Assembly: GCF_902652985.1 (NCBI RefSeq)
Contig: NC_047018.1
Location: 33,976,001 to 34,040,000, forward strand
DNA: 64,000 nt
Direction of reading: 5' to 3'
Source of the DNA: Pecten maximus
Lineage: Eukaryota
Shown: one piece after another, positions 24,398 through 37,180 of the stretch
How the letters are laid out: the number at the start of each line of letters is the position of its first letter
Position numbering within the stretch: position 1 is the first letter of the stretch
The notes under the pieces: generated by a model
What the model was told of the DNA's origin: nothing
What the model saw: the letters and a program-made list of their open reading frames with translations, nothing else
The model's database searches: none
Made by a program: the position numbers and the translations under genes

Positions 24398-24783
24398 TTA
24401 TAAGATATCTCATAAAGTATATAAGATACCTCATAAAGTATATAAGATATCTCATAAAGTATATAAGATATCTCATAAAGTATATAAGATATCTCATAAA
24501 GTATATAAGATATCTTATATGATTTGGTTAATTACTTCATATTTCTTAAAGTACAATTTGTATATAAGATATCTCATAAAGTATATAAGATACCTCATAA
24601 AGTATATAAGATATCTCATAAAGTATATAAGATATCTCATAAAGTATATAAGATATCTTATAAGATTTGGTTAATTACTTCATATTTCTTAAAGTACAAT
24701 TTGTATATAAGATATCTCATAAAGTATATAAGATATCTCATAAAGTATATAAGATATCTTATATGATTTGGTTAATTACTTCA
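24398..24783. repeat. 21-bp minisatellite TATAAGATATCTCATAAAGTA in three blocks separated by a repeated ~40-bp linker
   Basis: Direct observation; linker GATTTGGTTAATTACTTCATA(TTTCTTAAAGTACAATTTG) recurs at ~24521, ~24665 and ~24765; degenerate units extend upstream to ~23990. Confidence 0.95.
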
Positions 24784-25454
24784 TACGCTAACATCGTACA
24801 CAATTAGATTTTAAATGACTTTTAAATTAAACAAAAAGGGTAACATCATTGTACAACCTTTGGCGTCCATAACGCACACTAATCCTTTTTGGGTTACAGT
24901 AAAGTTAAACATGTTTTATGTCTTGTGAAATACATCTGTAGTTGATGCCCCTGGGCTTTTTTCAACTTTTACCGTCAGATTACTCGCTGTCCCCATTTTG
25001 TAGCAGTCCATTTCTATATACAAGTGACTCGATACTGATTACAGAATAATATATTACATGTACGTAATTGACAGACTTGTATAAGATAAAAACTCGTGGG
25101 ATTGGTCGTCTTTTCAAGGACGAAAATAAAACGGATTCCTGTCTGAGACAAACACAGCTCAATGGAACTATCTCGAAAATTATATATTTTTATTGGCGTC
25201 ATGTCTTTTTCTCGACTCAAAGATAAAATTTATCAGAATTAAGAATTTGTTAAAATTGAATTTCGTAATGTCATGGATGTGAACACCGAGAGGTAACGAG
25301 TATAAGTATGTCATAGCAAAGTGAATTAAGATAGAATAATAATCAATAGGTGCAGATTCAAACGACAGCATATCGAGACCACTACAAACAATTAATTCGT
25401 TGTGAAATTGCTCTGTGGCGCGTAATATATATTACATGTACACTGTATATCAGG

Positions 25455-26275
25455 CCCAGATCACATATCAGCTGTAAATATGCGGCCCCAGAATCACAAA
25501 TCAATTATAGATTCTTGACCCTAGAATCTTAAATTAATTTTAGGATCCTGACACTATGCTCATAAATAAATTATAGATTCCTGACCCCAGAATCACAAAT
25601 CAATTATAGATTTCTGATCCTATGATCACAAATCTATAATAATTACTGACCCTAGGATCACAAATCAATTATAGATTATTGACTCTAGGATCACAAATCA
25701 ATTATAGATTATTGACTCTAGGATCACAAATCAATTATAGATTATTGACTCTAGGATCACAAATCAATTATAGATTATTGACTCTAGGATCACAAATCAA
25801 TTATAGGTTATTGACTCTAGGATCACAAATCAATTATAGATTATTGACTCTAGGATCACAGATCAATTATAGATATTATTGACTCTAGGATCACAAATCA
25901 ATTATAGATTATTGACTCTAGGATCACAAATCAATTATAGATTATTGACTCTAGGATCACAAATCAATTATAGATTATTGACTCCAGGATCACAAATCAG
26001 TTATAGATTCCTAACTCTAGGATCACAAATCAATTATAGATTATTGACTCTAGGATCACAAATCAATTATAGATTCCTAACTCTAGGATCACAAATCAAT
26101 TATAGATTCCGTACTCTAGGATCACAAATCACTTATAGATTCCTAACTCCAGGATCACAAATCAATTATAGATTCCTAACTCTAGGATAACAAATCAATT
26201 ATAGATTACTGACTCTAGGATCACAAATCAGTTATATATTCCTGACTCTTGGATCACATATCAATTATAGATTTC
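25455..26275. repeat. 33-bp minisatellite GACTCTAGGATCACAAATCAATTATAGATTATT, ~25 copies
   Basis: Direct observation; explains the LTLGSQINYRL ORFs; homogeneous centre with diverged edges. Confidence 0.97.
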
Positions 26276-27859
26276 TTGATTTTGGAGCAGAGATTGATTC
26301 ATGATAGATCAATTATGAAAAAAAACAGCACATTAAGTTATGTCTTGTTTATTTCTATATACATGTGGATTACTAAGTGCGTTAGATACTGTAACGTCAG
26401 TGTACCCAAAATGATACCGTACCCAAATTGATACCTTAAATGTAAAAAAAAACGCTCCAAAATCGTCGTGAATAAAATTTGCACAATTTCCCGTTTATGA
26501 CGTCACAATGGCATTATTTACCGTTTATTCAACGTGTTTTTCCTGTGTGCAGCTGTTTAATTTCTCCGCGAGAAGATTTTGAAATGGGTAAGTCGGTCCA
26601 ATATCTATGTTTCCCGAACCATATGACCATGCGACAAGTTGTTTTCTCATGCCTTAGAGCATCTTTAGGCCTAATCAAAGTACATTTTGTTAGCTGATAT
26701 TCTCAAAAAGCTATGTAAATACTATCCATTTGAAATAAATCTTTATCATAACGAATTAAGACTCAAGTAGAATAAATTATTAAATTATGGGATTGAATTA
26801 TTAACTCTGGTCCATTTGCAATATTCATTTTTAGAAACGAAGCACAGACTCAAGTGGAATTTAGGATCAAATTGTTAAATTAAATGACAGCTAAGTTTAA
26901 AGCATGATTTGTCAGATTTCCCTAGAAGGATTACATTTAGTTGACTTCGGGAAGACCAAGATATGTTATTAGATTGTGTCAAGTATAATATGAATGAACT
27001 AGGTGATCCTAATTCCTTTGTGATTTGGCAGAAACGATCAAAATAAGATTGAAAGTGACATTTAGTGTGAAGTCGATGTGATCCAAATGTACCGTGTAGT
27101 TGGTTCGTTTCTTCGAAGTCTGGTTAGCTTAATGCTCTACGCTATGTTATATATACAGATACTACAAGTATAATGCACAAAGGACAATCAAGATATCATA
27201 ACCTTTCAGAGCTTATTGGGTGTTTGATATAGTTGAGCCAAAAAAGGGATTTAAACTGTATGTTGCGCTACCTCGTCCTTCAAGGACTCGTCAGTGATGT
27301 TAAGGACATACAGTATTGATTCCCATGAGACTATGGAGGAAACTCTAAATAGATTGAAAGAAATGTCAAACTCTGGTTTGGGAGGTACACTAGTATAATA
27401 ATTTGATAAATTTTACAATTCTTAATATCGGATTTCAAAAGTACAAGAGTATATCCTAACTCATGCCACTACCCAGATGCTTTAAAACGTGGACTTCAAG
27501 TTACGGTAGTCTTGTGACCTTAAGTCAGCAGTGTCTACAACCAGCGATCTCAAAGGATTTTACCTACACACAAAGGATGTAGTCAGCTTTCGACACAGAA
27601 TTGGTATTTAGATATTGGAATACATACACGCTACAGACACTTTACCATTTACATATGAACCAAGGAACAAGTCCAAGGTTAATACTGTCATGTTGATAAA
27701 ACCGTGCTTTAACCGAGACCAATAAAGGACAAAAAGATATGCTAAATTTGATGTGATTTAGTAAAATGTTAGTATGGTTTTGTAAACGAAGTACAATCCA
27801 ACAATCCAGGCAGGACCCTGTATGTAATTTGATGAGGATTATTCATTTAGCCTGTTCTT

Positions 27860-27985
27860 CCCATTAACTATACTTTTTAAGAATGTAACCGACCTAACCC
27901 ATTAACTATACTTTTTAAGAATGTAACCGACCTAACCCGGGATTAACCTAGAAGACGGCAATCCTTCCAGAACACCTGGTCTCAT
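27860..27985 (+). repeat. 38-bp direct duplication followed by a retroelement 3'-region motif (AGAAGACG..CCTTCCAGAACACCTGGTCTC)
   Basis: CCCATTAACTATACTTTTTAAGAATGTAACCGACCTAA occurs twice; the downstream motif recurs at 45701(+), 14020(-) and 63595(-). Confidence 0.7.
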
Positions 27986-28084
27986 TTTCTCATTTTCCTA
28001 CTACTTGACCAAGGATCTCCATTTAATCTTTTTTACTAACTTGAAGCTCAAACATTCTACGACATATCCTGGATCTTTATACAT

Positions 28085-28520
28085 GTAACTGTGTCAAGTC
28101 TCATCAAAATTGCCGCTGGAGTGCTAAAAAGGATTTCTAAAAACAGTAACTGTGATTTTGACCTTGACCCAACAACTTTGAAACTCCAAATTGTCAGAAA
28201 TATTATGGTCCTCTGTGTAAAGTTTGTTTTGGTTGTGCTTTGGTATTGTTTAACGTCCTATCGACAGTCTACCATGTGTGCGAGATGCTGTATGAGGTGT
28301 ATACGTGTGTATATGGGGAGGCTGCGGAATGTTTATGTTCGTCTCCATGTAATAGCGGGGACAGATGCCGACTTTATAGTGCTGCCTCACTGAATCATAC
28401 TTCCCAAGACCCCCCAGTGTGCAGCATGATCAAAATCCTTCAAGCACAGGCATACGGAGAGGGAAACTATAGTCCCCACACCCCACCTCTAACTCGGTTT
28501 CACCGGTAGGGGACTATAAT
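28085..28520 (+). mobile_element. Helentron-type non-autonomous element (HINE-like), interrupted by a SINE
   Basis: TGACCTTGACCC core unit; terminal subterminal-IR/palindrome ACTATAGTCCCC...CGGTTTCACCGGTAGGGGACTATAAT. Confidence 0.7.
28222..28415 (-). mobile_element. Meta-domain SINE (5'-truncated) nested in the HINE-like element
   Basis: Tail TTGTTTAACGTCCTATC and core CTTTATAGTGCTGCCTCACTGAA (reverse complement of TTCAGTGAGGCAGCACTATAAAG). Confidence 0.75.
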
Positions 28521-28996
28521 AAACAGTTTGATTGGGCCTATGACACAGGGACTTGTCACGACTTTCAAGCCCACGGTCATTATATATATTATATATGATA
28601 CATTGACCGTTGGCTGGGAACTGGTATCAAGTTCCCCTGGTCAATGGTACTGTAAAGTCATGAGATGTCGCACACGACGGAAAACACATCATTGAACGGA
28701 CATGTTGTCCCGGGAGAGTCGGTCACTTTATGACGAGGATGTCAAACCCGTCTGTTATACAGTTCAAAACTCTATAGATCAGACAGATGTATTCAAGTTG
28801 GCTGTCAAAGATGTTTCGTGTACTCAGGACTTTCCAGGACAAGTACAACGACAATGGTTAGGCCGATTACTCTAGTATGTGATCATTTTAAAAATGTCCA
28901 CTGGAGTACTGCAAGAGTTTCCAATTTCGGTCACACTATTTTGTTAAAAGAAATCATAAAAATGTTAAATGACCATAACTCTGTATAACATTTTAG

Positions 28997-29440
28997 TTTG
29001 GTATGATTTGATTTGTTTAACGTCCTATCAACAGCTGAGGTTATTTAAGGACGGCTCCGTGCGTGCGATATGCAAGCGTCTGGTGAGTGCGTATGCGGGT
29101 TTTGGAAGGTTTGGTTTGTTTTTGTTTAACGTCCTATTAACAGCCAGGGTCGTTTAAGGACGTGCCAGGTTTTGGAGGTGGAGGAAAACATGAGTACCCG
29201 GAGAAAAACCACCGGCCTACGGTCAGTACCTTGTAACTGCCCCACGTAGATTTCGAACTCGCAACCCAGAGGTGGAGGGCCAGTGATAAAGTGTCGGGAC
29301 ACCTTAACAACTCGGCCCGGTTTTGGGAGGCTGTGGTACATGTATGTTCGTGTTTAGTCTCCTTGTGATAGTCCGGAACTTAAGCCGATTTATAGTGTTA
29401 CCTCACTGAACCGTACTGCAGAACATACCCAGCAGGACAC
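28997..29440 (-). mobile_element. Meta-domain SINE, split by a V-SINE insertion
   Basis: Tail TTTGTTTAACGTCCTATCAACAGC at ~29011; core TTTATAGTGTTACCTCACTGAA at ~29389; collinear with 28222-28415 once 29110-29318 is removed. Confidence 0.8.
29110..29318 (-). mobile_element. Near full-length tRNA-derived V-domain SINE with a 12-bp target-site duplication
   Basis: Minus strand: A-box GGCCGAGTTGTTAAGG, B-box GAGTTCGAAATC, V-core GGTTTTTCTCCGGGTACTCATGTTTTCCTCC, tail AGGACGTTAAACAAAAAC. Flanked by GGTTTTGGAAGG (29098-29109) and GGTTTTGGGAGG (29319-29330). Confidence 0.9.
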
Positions 29441-31316
29441 AAACCGAGCCTAAACAAATCAGAACACGACATGTACAACTACATACGTTCTATATAGGAC
29501 CCTGTTATTATAACTGAGCGGAAACGAAATTATGACGGATAAAGTGGGATGGGTGTGGGGAGGTGGGTATGAAATTAATTCTACACTGATGTACTTTCAT
29601 CTTGTCAATTTAAAGTTAACTGTCTGACTTGAATTTGTAGGAAATATACATGTATCATCATATGTCAAGAGCCATTGATCACAAGGAGAGATACTTGGTT
29701 GTTAATTTTGTTTGGAGTCATGACGGACACACCACTTAATGTTTGATATTCTGATAAGCCTTATTACATGATAAATGAATGGCGCTTTTAAATATTCTCT
29801 AATGAGACAGAAACTCTATCAAATCTTCATAAAGATTAAATCAACCCATACCGGAAATACAGTTTGTATAAAAGGGATTTTAGCTTGGAAATTTAATATT
29901 ACCAAAGTAAAATAAACATTATTTCTGACAAGTAGAACACCTAGAGGGTGCTTACAGTTTTATGCATTGAACCAACTAACCTATTAAGGCACTGGTTTAA
30001 ATAAATCAAACCATGTGTCTATATAAAATGTTAAAAGAGTTCAATAATTTGAAATGAAGCCAGGTTTGATAATTCAATATTGAATTGATACGAATGTAAA
30101 ATTCTATTTATCAAAAAAACCTAATGGAAAATAAGCAAATCACATAAACCCAACTCTCATTTCCCTATCAGACTTTCTAATTTCGACTAGAACGGTAAGT
30201 TGTCTACACCGACAAAACAGTTTTTTTCCACGACTAGTTTAATTAATATAAATACAATATTTTCCTTTAGTCAGTTGATAAAAAAACTTTTAAGACTTAT
30301 TTGTATTTTAATAAAATTAAATTGTTTTTAAAAGTAAATGTTTTCGTCGATTTTTATAACTCCCTATGTTAAGCATTCCGTTGTCTTAGTTTCCGTCGTT
30401 TTTTTTATAAATAGTAACATTTGTAGTGCCCGTTTTCACTGTATTCTCTCATATATATTCGGCATTTTCACGAATATTTGACTACTTAAAGGTTTTCTTT
30501 GTGATCAATGAACAGAGAACAATCACTCAAACGAATCTTTCTCGCTGTTTGAAAATAGACCAAATAGCTGTGGTATTTTTCAGCCTCTCTCGTTCACTTC
30601 TCACAAGATCTCTTCCAAAACTTCATCTTCTCAATTTCTTTAAGATAGTGAAGGGGTATCCAATGGAAATACTAAGAGTGTATCCAATCAGAAGTTCTAC
30701 TTGCAACTTAAATAATTAATAGAAAGTTACATTTCTGTACCTACTACATAGAACTTCCGATATCAGTATACACCTGCCCCAGAAGGAGTATCCAGAGGGG
30801 AGATACTAAAGTAGATGACAGTGTAGTTATTGGAACACCGTAACACTTAGGTTTGTATCAACGCGGCATAGTGTAAGGCCAATAGGGGTTCATGGGAGCT
30901 TTGATTGCACGTCGGTACATCTTGCACCTGTGCTTGAAACAATACATAAAATACAACGTCACAATAATAAAACCTCAAGATCATATATCAAATATATTCG
31001 ATCTGTCATAGACAGATGTAACTTATATTTACACGTTATTTTTATAGCTAAATTGTTAATCATTAAAATGCAACATGTTGAAATAAGTTTTGAACATTTA
31101 TAAATTAATTTTATTTTGAATTATCAAATAAACTGTAGGAATTTTATTATGATTTAATTGATTCTCTGTGAACACAATCCAGACAATTCCGTTTTTTTCT
31201 CTATACAAGTCACACAGAGTACAGTTAATCCCCTCATAATACTGCTTCTAATCACTGCAATTATCGCCATCCATCGCGCCTATATATATACCTGTATAGT
31301 TTGGTGCCTCCCCAGT

Positions 31317-32020
31317 GGCACAGGGGATTGTAACATGTTATATGTATCCTATTTATTACACATATACATGTATACCACAGGTGACTTTGGCATGAAACCT
31401 GACCAGTATATTACACAGCTTTCACATGCAGATATCTGTATCACAGGGGACTGTAGCGTGAAGTTTGCCTCCCATATATTGAAAAGCTATCACAGGGGAC
31501 TGTAGCGTGATGTTTGCCTCCCATATATTAAAAAGCTATCACAGGGGACCGTAGCGTGATGTTTGCCTCCCATATATTGAAAAGATATCACAGGGGACTG
31601 TAGCGTGATGTTTGCCTCCAATATATTGAAAAGATATCACAGGGGACTGTAGGCTGATGTTTGCCTCAAATATATTGAAAAGCTATCACAGGGGACTGTA
31701 GCGTGATGTTTGCCTCCCATATATTGAAAAGATATCACAGGGGACTGTAGCCTGATGTTTGCCTCCCATATATTGAAAAGCTATCACAGGGGACTGTAGC
31801 GTGATGTTTGCCTCCCATATATTGAAAATCTATCACAAGGGACTGTAGCGTATGTTTGCCTCAAATATATTGAAAAGATATCATAGATGACTATAGCATG
31901 ATGTCTAACGCCAAGGCACTGAAGAAAAAAACCTACTACAGGGGATTGTTGCCTGATGTTTGCCTCCCGTACATTGAAAAGCTAGCACAGGGGACTATGG
32001 CATGATACCTGTCTCCCGTA
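31317..32020. repeat. 49-bp minisatellite ATCACAGGGGACTGTAGCGTGATGTTTGCCTCCCATATATTGAAAAGCT (core 31440-31890)
   Basis: Direct observation; ~9 well-conserved units plus degenerate flanking units. Confidence 0.95.
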
Positions 32021-33576
32021 CAATAGTAATTTATAGTTTAGTTTCCTAACATTTTAATTTTCCAGAGAGATACACTTTGATAGAGTGTACATTATTATGT
32101 ATATTGATTTAACACGGGTCGACAAAACGGGGAGTATCGTCTGTTTGCTGGGTAATGTTGTAAATTTTAAAATGTAGTTAGGTGAATCTCATCCCGTATG
32201 TATAACCACCCAGGAAGATCTGCGTGGTTCCATAGAATCGACACGGAAGTATGTAAATGATTCCATAATATAAATATGATACGCCAATATGATTACACTA
32301 CTTGAAACAATAAGGGATGTGATGATTATATATATATATATAAGTGTATTATCTTCACCTAGAATCGAAATCCATTCTTAAATTATTCTGTTTCAAGGAA
32401 ACGTTGTTTTCGTAAATATAACTTTCCTATTAGTTATTGGAAAACAACAATTTTTTTTTTTTATCAGCAGTTAGACTTTATAAATTATCTCCAGACTGGA
32501 AATAATAATAGTAGTTCTACAAATAACATCCTCTAGAGTGTCTGCATGTTATATCGTCTACAAAATCCGTAACACAGCTCTCGTTAATTGTACAAGAAAG
32601 CCAAATAATTCTGTGTTGTACAAATTGGCGACTGTATGTCCGAATCGTCTTCAGATGTACTGTGAAAAATACAGGAAATATGAAAGGTGATATGTATTTA
32701 AAGATTGGAAACATTGTTCGGATTAATTTGTGAAAATCAGCTATAATATATCAACGATATCTTTATTTGTAATGTGGTTTATATAGTCCGATAAGCTATT
32801 TTTGAGACGTTTATTACATTTTTTAGTAGGTATGGCTATCAGCATGTATATTAGACCGCCTGTACATGTATCTCCCAGATGCTGTATCTATTCAATGAGG
32901 AATTATCGTAATAGCATCAGTAAGGTATAACTGATTAATATTCTAACTTAACTTTACATCAATGTAACATTCTGACTTAGAACTATGGTTATTTACATAA
33001 CAATTGCCATTATTTTCTCTATTATTTCCCACGTCTGCATAGAGCCGTCTGATAAAATAAACATGTTAATAAGATTTGACTTGTGTAAAGGGAGATAACA
33101 CGTCCGATACGTGACATACAATGCAAACAGCGTTGTGTCCCTTACACCTTTTGTGAGCGATTTGTTTTCATATTCAAATATGCTATTCTCACTCCTTACT
33201 TCATGTAATTCATATTGTCTATGTGGTTATTTTTTTTTTCTTTGTATTAGTTTAGGCCCATTTTTACCTGTTATTTTAGGTCAAATGGAAGCAAACTGCA
33301 CAACTGGACCTTTCCAAGTTACTAAGATCGCTCGTCGAGTTAAAGATGTCGACGAGTTTCCCTTGTTTCAACTCTACTGATTCTGTAACTTCCCGAAACA
33401 ACCAATGTTTGCCGATTGGAGATTTCCGTTACCAACACGTTTTATAACCTGACTGTTTTTGTTCTCTGAAATGATTTAACATCTACAGTAGTTTTCAGTA
33501 TCCCCCTGTATGTGTTCTTGTTAGTTTAGACCCATTTCTTACCTGCTATTGTAGGTCAAATGGAAGCAAACTGGAC

Positions 33577-33780
33577 AACTGGACATTTCCAGGTAACTGG
33601 TCATTCTCTAACTGGACATTTCCAGGTTACTAGTCATTCTCTAACTGGACATTTCCAGATTATTGGTCATTTTCATTGTGGACATTTCTAGGTCACTGGT
33701 CATTCTCAAACTGGACATTTTCAGGTCACTGGTCATTCTCAAACTGGTCATTTTTAGGTCACTCGCCTTTCTCAAATTGA
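33577..33780. repeat. 33-bp minisatellite AACTGGACATTTCCAGGT[A/T/C]ACTGGTCATTCTC[T/A], ~6 copies
   Basis: Direct observation; seeded from the end of an ~80-bp block duplicated at 33247 and 33521. Confidence 0.9.
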
Positions 33781-34699
33781 AGATTTTTTAATTTGATTCC
33801 CTGACATTTCTGACGGGTCCGAGAAGGATACAACAGTTATAGGTGTCAGCGTTTCTTATATTCAACGTTTTAAATTACAACATAGAATACATTTTAATCT
33901 GATATAGATCACGAGTATATATTGCGACGCCATTGGTCCTGTGACAACGAGAATGTTTGAGTTGGAAATGAAATACCTGAGTAAGAAATATGTCTCTTTA
34001 AAGTTGTTCTAGCATCACACTGAATTACATGCAACTATGACAATGGAAAATTTGGTAATTGGTCTATTTAAGTTGGAGCTGTTTTTTTATTGCAATGAAT
34101 CTTGTAAGTTTGATATTTTGATATTCTGGAATCTTATAAAAATAACCCTTTTTTTTTTCTTTTTTTTGTTGTTGTTGTTTTGTTTTTGTTTTTGTTTTTA
34201 TTTATTTTATATATAACTGCCCTGGAATGTATTGTGATAAACATGACCAAGCCCAAGAGAAAATCTTACTATAAAATTGTGAGATTTACTTAATTCCTTT
34301 TCCGACAAGATTTTTATTGTAAGACCTTTTCAGCAAAATAATCCGTTATGTCATTAGCATATATATATATATATTTGTATATATTTTCTTGACCAGATTA
34401 CTTTTGTTTCAACCGTCGACATACTTTAAAATACAGAAAGCCGAGCAAGTTTTATTTTGCTACTGGAATATTCAGTTTCCTTTTTAACCCAACTTCTTTC
34501 CGATAAATGATTCCTCATTGTCACAGCTGAATCGTGAATATGATAAGTGCATGCTCTGAATGTTGCTACAATGATATGGAGTTATAGAGATAATAATAAA
34601 ATGTTAAGTTTGTCTTTTCCGTTTGATACATGTAGCAACAACAACGTAACAGTCTCAATGATATACTAGTTATTGTCCTTGTTATTGGACGTATAGACA

Positions 34700-34915
34700 C
34701 CGGACCTCGTCATTCGAAACACAATTTTTGATTGCAGCCGGAGCTGCCATTCGGCGCTTCTTGTAAAACTTAACCATGTACTCATCTAAATCCGTGTCGA
34801 CTGGATCAAAAAGGCTAAAGTATATTGTTCAGGGGTACATCAAAGGCTCTGTGCCGGGACTCGAACTAATGACCATTCTATTACCAGCCAAGTATCCTGT
34901 CATTTGACCATCAAG
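34700..34915 (-). mobile_element. Decayed tRNA-headed CORE-type SINE
   Basis: Minus strand: B-box AGTTCGAGTCCCGG, then GTACCCCTGAACAATATACTTTAGCCT..GATCCAGTCGACACGGATTTAGATGAGTAC (CORE-like). Confidence 0.55.
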
Positions 34916-35167
34916 TGCATCCATAGGCAGGTTGATTAGCAGCACATGCAAGCTTTATGTTCACTATAATGATATCGTTAAAATTTATTTCAGTTGTTTG
35001 CGCGATGTCAATATTGACTTTTTATCTTAGCCTCATTAGAGGCTCGTGGGGTCCATAACGAAGGACATTTTATTACCTAGGTTTGACCCAGATTTATGGC
35101 TTGTATCTGCATTTAAAAAATAAGCTCTTCGTAAAATACTAAGCGAGATACGACAAACGACGTAACG

Positions 35168-35401
35168 CCATCGTTAAATGTATCCACCATCGTTAAATGT
35201 ATCGTTAAATGTATCTCCATCGTTAAATGTATCCCATCGTTAAATGTATCCCCATCGTTAAATGTATCTCCATCGTTAAATGTATCCCATCGTAAAATGT
35301 ATCCCAATCGTTAAATGTATCTCCATCGTTAAATGTATCCCCCATCGTTAAATGTCCCCTCATCGTTAAATGTATCCCCTTCGTTGAATGTCCCCTCCCC
35401 C

Positions 35402-35432
<31 letters not shown>

Positions 35433-37180
35433 ATCGTTAAATGTATCACCATCGTTAAATGTATCCCCCATTGTTAAATGTATCCCTATCGTTAAATGTA
35501 TCCCCATTGTAATATGTATCCCTATCGTTAAATGTATCCCCCATTGTTAAATGTATCCCCCATCGTTAAATGTCCCCTCATCGTTAAATGTAACCCCCAT
35601 CGTTAAATGTCCCCTCATCGTTAAATGCATATCCCATCGTTAAATGTCTCCTCATCGTTAAATGTAATCCCCACCATTAAATGTATTCCGCATCGTTAAA
35701 TGTATCTCCATCGTTAAATATATCCCCATCGTTAAATGTATCCCCATCGTTAAATGTATCCCCCATCGTTAAATGTATCCCCATCGTTAAATGTATCCCT
35801 AATCGTTCAATGTATCCCATCGTTAAATGTATCTCCATCGTTAAATGTATCCCCATCATTAAATGTATCCCACACTTAAATGTATCCACATCGTTAAATG
35901 TATCTCCATCGTTAAATGTATCCACCATCGTTAAATGTATCCCCATCGTTAAATGTATCCCATCGTTAAATGTATCCACCATCGTTAAATGTAACCAGCA
36001 TCGTTAAATGTATCTCCATCGTTAAATATATCCCCATCGTTAAATGTATCCCCCATCGTTAAATGTATCTCTATCGATCAATGTATCCCCATCGTAAAAT
36101 GTATTCCCCATCGTTAAATGTCCCCTCATCGTTAACTGCATATCCAATCGTTAAATGTCTCCTCATCGTCAAATGTATCCCCATCGTTAAATGTAATCCC
36201 CACCATTAAATGTATCCCGCATCGTTAAATGTAATCCCCACCATTAAATGTCTCCTCATCGTCAAATGTATCCCTTATCGTTAAATGTATCCCCCATCGT
36301 TAAATGTCCCCTCATCGTTAAATGTATCCCCCTTCGTTGAATGTATCCCCATCGTTAAATGTATCCCCCATCGTTAAATGTATCCCCCATCGTTAAATGT
36401 ATCCCCCATCGTTAAATGTCCCCTCATCGTTAAATGTATCCCCCTTCGTTGAATGTATCCCTATCGTTAAATGCATCCCCCATCGTTAAATGTATCCCCC
36501 ATCGTTAAATGCAACCCCCACCATTAAATGTATCCCGCATCGTTAAATGTATCTCCATCGTCAAAGTCCCCTCATCGTTAAATGTATCCCAATCGTTAAA
36601 TGTACCCCCATCGTTAAATGTATCCCTAATCGTTAAATGTATCTCCATCGTTAAATGTATCCCTATCGTTAAATGTATCTCCATCGTTAAATGTATCTCT
36701 AATCGTTAAATGTATCCCCCATCGTAAAATGTATCCCCATCGTTAAATGTCCCCCATCGTTAAATGTATCCCTAATCGTTCAATGTATCCCATCGTTAAA
36801 TGTATCCCATCGTTAAATGTATCCTTAATCGTTAAATGTATCCCCATCGTTAAATGTATCTGCATCGTTAAATATATCCCCAACGTTAAATGTATCCCCC
36901 ATCTTTAAATGTATCCCCCATCGTTAAATGTAACCCTCACCATTAAATGTATCCCGCATCGTTAAATGTATCCCTAATCGTTAAATGTTTCCCCATCGTT
37001 AAATGTAACTCCCACCATTAAATGTATCCCGCATCGTTAAATGTATCCCTAATCGTTAAATGTATCCCTATCGTTAAATGTATCCCGCATCGTTAAATGT
37101 ATCCCGCATCGTTAAATGTATCCCTAATCGTTAAATGTAACCCCCACCATTAAATGTATCCACCATCGTTAAATGTATCC
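35168..37180. repeat. ~18-20-bp satellite CATCGTTAAATGTATCCC(C), ~100 units, containing a 30-nt poly-C run (35403-35432)
   Basis: Direct observation; explains the GDTFND/GIHLTM ORFs. Confidence 0.98.

Noticed and set aside
24398-24783. CRISPR-like repeat/spacer pattern (also considered for the 33-, 43- and 49-bp arrays)
   Set aside because: Linkers are identical rather than unique spacers, units are directly tandem, there are no cas genes, and the context is eukaryotic.
26900-27700. Possible decayed LINE reverse transcriptase upstream of the 27950 motif
   Set aside because: Only vague motif echoes (e.g. FRHRIGI); too degenerate to support.
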